A DNA stretch of 64,000 nt from Chthoniobacterales bacterium (GTDB taxonomy: Bacteria; Verrucomicrobiota; Verrucomicrobiia; Chthoniobacterales; JACTMZ01): positions 80,478 to 144,477 of the forward strand of contig VEQL01000003.1 in assembly GCA_018883245.1 (NCBI GenBank), given 5' to 3'. A program made the position numbers and the translations under genes. The notes under the pieces were generated by a model, which made no database searches, was not told the DNA's origin, and saw only the letters and a program-made list of their open reading frames with translations. Positions 56,428 to 64,000 of the stretch are shown here, in pieces (the first letter of the stretch is position 1; each line of letters opens with the position of its first letter).

Positions 56428-57573
56428 TCAGAGCGCCAGTTCCGCCACGCGCCGCGCGAGTTTTTCCGCGCTGAAATATTCCTCGGCCATCTGCCGCGCC
56501 GAGGCTGCGTGGTGCGCAGGGGCTTCGGCGATGCGTTCCAGCGCGCATGCCGCCCCGCGCGTGTCGGTGAAGCGCAAAAGGCCGTCGCCTGTGGGCAGTC
56601 CGACGGGACCGGTGTCCTGCACGACGCAGGGTCTTCCGCTCGCGAGGTAGCAGACGGTGCGGTCGCTGATCCACCCCGTGTCCATTTTGACGTAGCCGGG
56701 TTTGGCCACGCCGAACTCTCCCGCGCTCCCTTGGATGTAGCGGCGATAGTCGCCCGGAGTGGAAGAAACATCGTGGCTGTGGACGACGCGCCATCCCAGC
56801 GAGCGCAGACGTTCGGTCTCGGTCGCGTTGTCGCGTCCGAAGCACAGCGCCAGCTCGAGCGCAGCCGGGGTGTGCGACGGCAAATCCAGCAACGGTTCGA
56901 ATCCCGCGCGCTTGGAGTTGTCATAGAACCCGCCGTCGCGCAGCGTGATGTATTCCGCGGCGTCCCAGTGGGAGATGGCGGTGAAGGCGGCATCCCGGGG
57001 AGCCGGAAGCACGGGCCACGAGGGAAGGTGCACAGCGGGACGCACCTGCTCCCATCGCAAACCGAGCTGCGGAACAAGGGGGTTGGACGGTTTGATGTTG
57101 CCGCCCACGGTGACGTAAACGTCGTGCGGCGCGACGGTGAAATAGCCGTTGTCCACCCAGTGATGCAGGAGCCCGGGGTCGATATCGACGAGAACGGAAC
57201 GGCGGAAAGCGCCGACCGGCGCGGCCGGGAAACCGTAGCGGAAGTTGACGAAAAGGTCCGCGCGGTCCTTGCATTCGTGGAGGCTCAATGCCCCGAGTTC
57301 CGGAAGCCCGGCCAGCGGGCCGCCGTCCTCTTTGCAAAGTGCGATATGGAAGTGCGCTTCTTCGGTCGCCAGGCGGCGGCGCAGCGCGATCACCGCGCGA
57401 TGCAGAGCGTCGGTCGCGCGGAATTTGTCGCCTACGGGTTCGAGCCAGATGACATGGAACCCGGCTGCGTCGAAGCCGAGTGCCCAGTTGTAGTAGCACC
57501 AGAAATGCCCTCCGCCCTCGGGATAGCCGAGCGTTTGCGCCAGGAGGCAGACAACCGGGCGGCGGCCTTCCAT
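56428..57573 (-). CDS. Hypothetical GT-B-like glycosyltransferase-related protein
   Basis: 381 aa. The C-terminal half (WISDRTVCYLASGRPCVVQDTG...LRF...) resembles the Glyco_trans_1_2/CgeB-type C-terminal domain. No donor or acceptor assignment possible. Confidence 0.4.
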   Translation of the reverse strand: MEGRRPVVCLLAQTLGYPEGGGHFWCYYNWALGFDAAGFHVIWLEPVGDKFRATDALHRAVIALRRRLATEEAHFHIALCKEDGGPLAGLPELGALSLHECKDRADLFVNFRYGFPAAPVGAFRRSVLVDIDPGLLHHWVDNGYFTVAPHDVYVTVGGNIKPSNPLVPQLGLRWEQVRPAVHLPSWPVLPAPRDAAFTAISHWDAAEYITLRDGGFYDNSKRAGFEPLLDLPSHTPAALELALCFGRDNATETERLRSLGWRVVHSHDVSSTPGDYRRYIQGSAGEFGVAKPGYVKMDTGWISDRTVCYLASGRPCVVQDTGPVGLPTGDGLLRFTDTRGAACALERIAEAPAHHAASARQMAEEYFSAEKLARRVAELAL

Positions 57574-57576
57574 GGC

Positions 57577-58965
57577 TCAGGCGATCAGCGCGACGTGCCC
57601 GCGCTCCGCGGGTCGCGGGTTGGCCGCGTAAAGGGTGAAACCCGCGGTCTCGGTGATGTCGATATCGACCAACTCTCCTGCCAGGCGGTCCGGTCCTTCG
57701 AAAACGGCGATCTTGTTCCCCCGCGTGCGTCCGGTGAGGCGTGCATCGTTGTGGCGGCTGGAGCCGGTGCACAGCACCTCGACGGTGCGCCCGACCATGT
57801 CCTGCAACTTCTGCTGCGCGTGACGGTTCACTACGGAAAGCAGATCTTGGTTCCTCTCCTCCCTGACCTCCTCCGGCACCTGTGCATGCATTGTTGCGGC
57901 CGGCGTGTCTTTGCGCGGCGAGTAGCGGAAGACAAAAGCATTATCGAAGGAAATCTCGTCCGCGAGCGTGCGCGTGGCCGAGTAGTCCTCGTCGGTCTCG
58001 CCGGGAAAGCCCACGATGATGTCCGTGGTGATCGCGATATCCGGGCGGGCGGCGCGGAGTTTGCCCACGAGCGCACGGAACTTGTCCGCCGTGTAACCGC
58101 GGTGCATGGCTTTGAGGATCCTGTCCGAACCCGATTGCAACGGCAGATGCACGTGCTCCGCGAGCTTGGGCAGACGCGCGAAACACTCGATGAGGTCTTC
58201 GCGGAATCCGATTGGGTGGGGGGAGGTGAAGCGCAGACGCTCGAGCCCCTCCACCTCGTGCACCGCCTCCAGCAACTGGACGAACGGGCTGTGCCCGCCG
58301 ACCTTCGGGAATTCGTGGCGTCCGTAAAGATTCACGATCTGTCCCAGCAGAGTGACTTCCTTGCATCCGCGCCCCGCGATTTCGCGCACTTCGCCGACGA
58401 TGCTTCCAATCCGCCGGCTCCGCTCGGCCCCGCGGGTGTCGGGCACGATGCAGAATGTGCAGCGCATGTTGCAGCCCTGCATGATGGAAACAAAAGCGCT
58501 GGCCGGGACGGACGCATGATCCCGGATCGTTTCCTGCGAGCCTGCCTCCTCGTCCGTATCGACGATGGAAAAGCGCGGGTCGTCGATCGCGCTGTCATGC
58601 GCCATCTTGCGGCGCAGGATCGCGTCCACATGGTCGGCCACGCGGTGGAATTTCTGCGTGCCGACGACAAGGTCGAGGTGGGGGATTTCGGAAAGCAAAG
58701 ACGAGCCGCGGCTCTGGGCCATGCAGCCGAGAAACCCGAAGACCGTGTGCGGGCGCTTTTTCTGCAGGCGGCGCAACGTTCCCATCTTGCCGAGCGCTTT
58801 CTGCTCGGCCATGTCGCGCACGCTGCAGGTGTTGAGCAGCACGACGTCGGCGTCGCTCGCATCATCGGTGACCTCGTATCCGCGCGCCACGAGCATCTGC
58901 GCGACCTGCTCCGAGTCGCGCTCGTTCATCTGGCATCCGTAAGTCTTGAGGAACACCTTGGGCAT
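57577..58965 (-). CDS. miaB: tRNA-2-methylthio-N6-dimethylallyladenosine synthase
   Basis: MPKVFLKTYGCQMNERDSE (UPF0004 domain). Radical SAM CNMRCTFCIVP. C-terminal TRAM domain. ATG at 58965 is preferred over 58980. Confidence 0.9.
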   Translation of the reverse strand: MPKVFLKTYGCQMNERDSEQVAQMLVARGYEVTDDASDADVVLLNTCSVRDMAEQKALGKMGTLRRLQKKRPHTVFGFLGCMAQSRGSSLLSEIPHLDLVVGTQKFHRVADHVDAILRRKMAHDSAIDDPRFSIVDTDEEAGSQETIRDHASVPASAFVSIMQGCNMRCTFCIVPDTRGAERSRRIGSIVGEVREIAGRGCKEVTLLGQIVNLYGRHEFPKVGGHSPFVQLLEAVHEVEGLERLRFTSPHPIGFREDLIECFARLPKLAEHVHLPLQSGSDRILKAMHRGYTADKFRALVGKLRAARPDIAITTDIIVGFPGETDEDYSATRTLADEISFDNAFVFRYSPRKDTPAATMHAQVPEEVREERNQDLLSVVNRHAQQKLQDMVGRTVEVLCTGSSRHNDARLTGRTRGNKIAVFEGPDRLAGELVDIDITETAGFTLYAANPRPAERGHVALIA

Positions 58966-59046
58966 CGCGGCCGCAAACATACGGATGACGAGCGGTCATT
59001 TCCAGCGCGGCTTGCTTTTTGCCGCGCGGTCGGAAAAGTAGCGGCC

Positions 59047-60087
59047 ATGCCGATGCCAGCCGAAGAGGGATTCCGCATGCCCGCGGAGTGGGAGCCGCAA
59101 GAAGCCGTGTGGTTTTCCTGGCCGCGCCCGGACGGAATCAGTTTTCCGGGCGCCTACGCACCGATCCCCGCGGCGATGGGCGCGCTGATCCGCGCCGCGG
59201 CGGAGTTCGAACCGGTGCGGGTCAATGTGCGCGATGACGGCGAGGAGGCCATCGCGCGCCGGAATGTCGGGCCGAACGACCGGGTGGAGTATTTCCGTAT
59301 CCCGACCGACGAGCCGTGGTGCCGCGACCATGGTCCGATTTTTCTCGTCAACGATGCGACGGGCGAGGTCGCGGTGGCGGATTTCGATTTCAACGCCTGG
59401 GGCGGGAAATACGGCGGGACGGAGCGCGATCGCAAGGTGCCCTCTTCGGTCGCGCGCCTTCTAGGCCTGCGCTGTTTCACCAACCCGATGGTGCTGGAGG
59501 GCGGTTCGATCGAGGTCAATGGCTCGGGTTCGTTGCTGACCACGCGCAGTTGCCTGCTCAATCCGAACCGCAATCCTTCCATGACGCCGCAGCAGGTCGA
59601 AGACAACCTGCGCGGGTGGCTCGGCGTCCGCAACATCCTCTGGCTCGGAGACGGCATCGAGGGCGACGACACGGACGGACACATCGACGACCTCACGCGA
59701 TTCGCCGGCAAGTCGCGCGTTGTCACCGTGGTCGAGGACAACCCCGCCGATGCCAATCATGAGATTCTCGGCGAAAACCTGCGCGCGCTGCGGCAGTTGC
59801 GCGACGAGGATGGCGATCCGCTGGAAATCGTCACGCTGCCGATGCCGGCCAACCGGCTCGACTACGAGGGGCAGCGCCTGCCGGCCAGCTACGCGAATTT
59901 CCTCGTGCTCAACGGCGGCGTGCTCATGCCGTCTTTCCGCGATCCGCGTGATGACGAGGCGGCCGCGATTCTTGCCCCGGTTTTTCCCGGACGCAAAGTC
60001 GTCCCCGTGGATTGCCGGGATATCATCGTCGGTCTCGGCACCGTGCATTGCCTGAGCCAGCAGCAACCCGCGGCGCCGAGGTCTTGA
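59047..60087 (+). CDS. aguA: Agmatine deiminase
   Basis: [22 protein letters not shown], and the C-terminal catalytic Cys motif GTVHCLSQQ. Only the 3' third of the 1192-aa track ORF is real. Confidence 0.85.
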   Translation: MPMPAEEGFRMPAEWEPQEAVWFSWPRPDGISFPGAYAPIPAAMGALIRAAAEFEPVRVNVRDDGEEAIARRNVGPNDRVEYFRIPTDEPWCRDHGPIFLVNDATGEVAVADFDFNAWGGKYGGTERDRKVPSSVARLLGLRCFTNPMVLEGGSIEVNGSGSLLTTRSCLLNPNRNPSMTPQQVEDNLRGWLGVRNILWLGDGIEGDDTDGHIDDLTRFAGKSRVVTVVEDNPADANHEILGENLRALRQLRDEDGDPLEIVTLPMPANRLDYEGQRLPASYANFLVLNGGVLMPSFRDPRDDEAAAILAPVFPGRKVVPVDCRDIIVGLGTVHCLSQQQPAAPRS

Positions 60088-60122
60088 CTCGAAAACGGCG
60101 CGGACCCATCCTCCCAAATCCC

Positions 60123-60593
60123 ATGAAAAGGAAGGAGCCCATCGTGGATATCAAAGAAATCAAGACACTCATCGATCTGATGAACAAAAACGGCCTCACG
60201 GCCTTCGAGATGGAAAAGGACGGATTCCGTATCTCGCTGGCCAAGGAGTCCGGCTTCGCCCCTGGCGTTGCCTACGCGGCCGCTCCGGTCGCTGTCCCCG
60301 CAGCAGCCTCCGCGCCGGGTTCGTCCGCGCCTGCGGCGGAAACGAAATCCGCGCCGGCCGGCAAAGAGATTGTCTCGCCCATGGTCGGCACCTTCTACCT
60401 TGCGCCTTCGCCGGAGTCGCCCCCGTTCGTCACGGTCGGCCAGGAAGTCACTCCCGACACCGTGGTCTGCATCATCGAGGCCATGAAAGTGATGAACGAG
60501 ATCAAGGCCGAGCAGGCCGGGGTCATTACCGAAGTCGCGGCCGAGAACGGACAACCGGTGCAGTTCGGCCAGGCGTTGTTCCGCCTCAAATAA
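60123..60593 (+). CDS. accB: Acetyl-CoA carboxylase biotin carboxyl carrier protein
   Basis: ATG at 60123. Ala/Pro linker. Biotinyl-lysine motif [12 protein letters not shown]. Confidence 0.9.
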   Translation: MKRKEPIVDIKEIKTLIDLMNKNGLTAFEMEKDGFRISLAKESGFAPGVAYAAAPVAVPAAASAPGSSAPAAETKSAPAGKEIVSPMVGTFYLAPSPESPPFVTVGQEVTPDTVVCIIEAMKVMNEIKAEQAGVITEVAAENGQPVQFGQALFRLK

Positions 60594-60621
60594 CCGGCCC
60601 CTTGCGCCGGTCCGTCCTGCA

Positions 60622-61979
<1,358 letters not shown>

Positions 61980-61983
<4 letters not shown>

Positions 61984-62603
61984 AACCGCTGGCCGCGGCC
62001 CGTCTCTACGGGATCGTCGATCTGGGATATGTTGCCGCAGACCAAGCTGCCGTAGTCGCGGAGAAGCTCATCGTCGGCGGTGTCGATGTCCTTCAGTTGC
62101 GAGCGAAAGAACTCGCGGTAGGCGAGGTGGCGCGCCTGGCGGTCGCCATTCATCGCATCACGGCCGCGGCAGGCGTTCCGCTAATCATCAACGACTATCC
62201 GGAGTTGCTGCGCGAAGTGCCGGCCGAGGGTGTGCATGTCGGACAGGATGACATGGCGGTGGAGGACGCCCGTGCAGCCGCAGGTCGACCGGTGATTGTG
62301 GGAAAATCGACCCACAGCATCACCCAAGCTTGTGCCGCTGCGGGCGAGGGTGCCGACTACATCGGGTTCGGCCCGCTTTTCGCAACGCCGACCAAACCCG
62401 GACGTCCGGCCATCGGTCTTGGCGAAATTGCCGCGACGCACGAAAAAGTCTCGATTCCCGTCTTCTGTATCGGGGGCATCAAGTTGTCGAACTTGGGGGA
62501 CGTAGCCGCCGCCGGCGCGCAACGCGTGGTCATTGTTTCGGGTTGGTTGCAGGCGGACGACATTGCCGCTGCCGTGCGCGAATCGCGCGCCCTGTTGGGA
62601 TAG
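61980..62603 (+). CDS. thiE: Thiamine-phosphate synthase
   Basis: GTG at 61980 overlaps the accC stop (GTGA). [20 protein letters not shown], and IGGI motifs. Confidence 0.9.
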
Positions 62604-62671
62604 ACGTCTTGCGCCGGGTGCTGCGGGACGCTCCCTTGACCGGCGGACTTTCTGCATCTTTATTTGGGCGC

Positions 62672-64000
62672 ATGTTCCATGCGCCCCGACGTTGGCTTGC
62701 GGCGCTTCTTATTACGGTTGTTCCCGTTGCGCCCGGTCGCTCGCAGCCGGCGACTAATGCCTTCTATGCCGCGCCGATCGTCGGTGGCCAAGCGGAGTGG
62801 GTTGTTTTCGCCAACGATGTGGTCGGTTGGCGTCCATTCGCGAACGCCGGATTTTTCGGGTCGAGCACCGTAATCGCCAACATCGAGGCCGGTTTGATCT
62901 GGCCCGGGCACGAGGTCTTCATCCGCCCGCCCGGTTCGACCAACGGCTTTGCCGCATTCCAAAACACGAATGCGCTCAACGAATACGACTTCCACGCGAC
63001 CATGGTCGGGCACGTTCTTGCGGGAAGCGGCTACAATGGCAGCGGCTACACCTTTACCGGCCTCGGCATGGCTCCGCAGGCGTCGGTTGTCTCGGCGGGC
63101 ATTGCCACGGATTTTTCCACGAACAATGTGGGATCATTCGAAACCAGCTACGGGTCGGTAGTCACCGCTTACAAAGCTCTTTTCACCGGAACCGGTGGTT
63201 CCGTGCGGGCAGACGTCATCAACAGCAGTTGGGGCGGATATGATCCCTCGGCGGAATCCCTCGAAGCCCTCGCATTGGACGGCCTTGCGGCGCAAAACCC
63301 GAACACGAGCTTTGTTGTCTCCGCGGGGAATTCGGACGTGTCACCCGTCGGTTGGCCGGCATCCGGGTTCAACAACATCGGCGTTGGCTCGGTTGGCAGC
63401 CCGAATTTTCTCGTGCCTTCGGCATTCAGTTCGCGCGGGCTTGACGATTTCTACAATCCGGTCACGGGCCTGACGGTCGTGGACGCGCGCGTCGGAGTGG
63501 ATGTCTCCGCCCCGGGCGAAGTTCTTTACCTTGCCGCGTATCTCGGAGACTCGGGCGGAATCGGAGCGGGGGCGCCGTCTCTGGTGCAGCAACCGCCGCC
63601 GACGAATCTTTATTTTTACAACATGGACGGCACGAGCTTTGCCGCACCGGTGGTCGCAGGCGGTATCGCGGTTCTCAAAGACGTGGCGAATCGCGATGCG
63701 ATGGTGAACCTCGTTGGCATCACCAACGCGCAGGATTCGCGGGTGGTGAAATCCGTGGTCATGGCCGGGGCGATCGAGACCGTCGGCTGGAACAACGCGC
63801 AGTCGCGCGGGACAAACGGCGCCATGTCAACCGCCATGGGTCTCGATCCGGCGACGGGTGCGGGGAGCCTCGATCTCGGGCGTTCGTCCGATGCCTATTT
63901 CTTCGGCACGCGGGATATCGGCGGATCGGGTGGCGGAGTGATTGCCGACGCTGGATGGGATTTCGGCTCGGTCGGCCTTCATGGAACGAACGACTACCAG
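62672..64000 (+). CDS. Subtilisin-like S8 serine peptidase, 5' partial (runs off the window end)
   Basis: Not in the ORF track because no stop falls in the window. I translated frame 2 from the ATG at 62672 by hand. It stays open for 443 codons. Signal-like N-terminus. His box HATMVGHVLAG, oxyanion INSSWG, Ser box GTSFAAPVVAG. Confidence 0.8.
   Translation, partial: MFHAPRRWLAALLITVVPVAPGRSQPATNAFYAAPIVGGQAEWVVFANDVVGWRPFANAGFFGSSTVIANIEAGLIWPGHEVFIRPPGSTNGFAAFQNTNALNEYDFHATMVGHVLAGSGYNGSGYTFTGLGMAPQASVVSAGIATDFSTNNVGSFETSYGSVVTAYKALFTGTGGSVRADVINSSWGGYDPSAESLEALALDGLAAQNPNTSFVVSAGNSDVSPVGWPASGFNNIGVGSVGSPNFLVPSAFSSRGLDDFYNPVTGLTVVDARVGVDVSAPGEVLYLAAYLGDSGGIGAGAPSLVQQPPPTNLYFYNMDGTSFAAPVVAGGIAVLKDVANRDAMVNLVGITNAQDSRVVKSVVMAGAIETVGWNNAQSRGTNGAMSTAMGLDPATGAGSLDLGRSSDAYFFGTRDIGGSGGGVIADAGWDFGSVGLHGTNDYQ

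Noticed and set aside
56509-59046. N-terminal 846 codons of the 1192-aa plus-strand ORF ending as agmatine deiminase
   Set aside because: It is antisense to the GT-like gene and to miaB, which has a clear radical-SAM/UPF0004/TRAM architecture. The deiminase homology begins at the internal ATG at 59047.

Overview
This is a GC-rich bacterial chromosomal window. The many PEP-CTERM and autotransporter-associated beta-strand-repeat proteins suggest a Verrucomicrobiota (Opitutales-like) genome; that placement is inference only. I call about 57 protein genes and one tRNA-Leu(CAG). The six-frame track allows GTG/TTG starts and contains many long antisense shadow ORFs, so I re-derived most start codons from the raw sequence. 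Many neighbouring genes overlap by 4 nt (ATGA/GTGA/TTGA).

Housekeeping blocks:
- xerC, parB
- folE2-queE-queD
- rlmI-kamA-murA-prmC-prfA-rpmE, recD2
- manA-ubiE-tRNA-Leu
- sppA-CPBP-thiL-HAD-bioB
- miaB, aguA, accB-accC-thiE

Accessory blocks:
- A lipid-modification cluster at 4.7-12.8 kb: desaturase, FAD oxidoreductase, DUF1365, two CFA-synthase-type methylases, DUF1295, and a UgtP-like glycosyltransferase.
- Two GH13 amylases next to an orphan MalG-like permease.
- A PEP-CTERM surface-protein island built around a 7TMR-DISM histidine kinase and a LytTR response regulator (23.3-33.3 kb).
- An HME-RND czcCBA-type efflux operon (33.4-42.2 kb).
- A truncated S8 peptidase at the right edge.

Most interesting observations:
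1. A conserved 31-bp element (two GATTCGTCNC repeats with 21-bp periodicity and a conserved spacer) occurs twice, once in each promoter region flanking the HK/LytTR pair. Each copy points toward a PEP-CTERM gene. It is a candidate LytTR regulon operator.
2. A perfect 35-bp direct repeat of the czcC-stop/czcB-start junction brackets a 2.4-kb GH78-like glycosidase gene sitting between czcC and czcB. This looks like a scar of gene insertion into a translationally coupled efflux operon.
3. The oxidoreductase-DUF1365-methylase(x2) set resembles the furan fatty acid (UfaD/UfaO/UfaM/FufM) pathway.

I saw no CRISPR arrays, IS elements, rRNA or prophage signatures.
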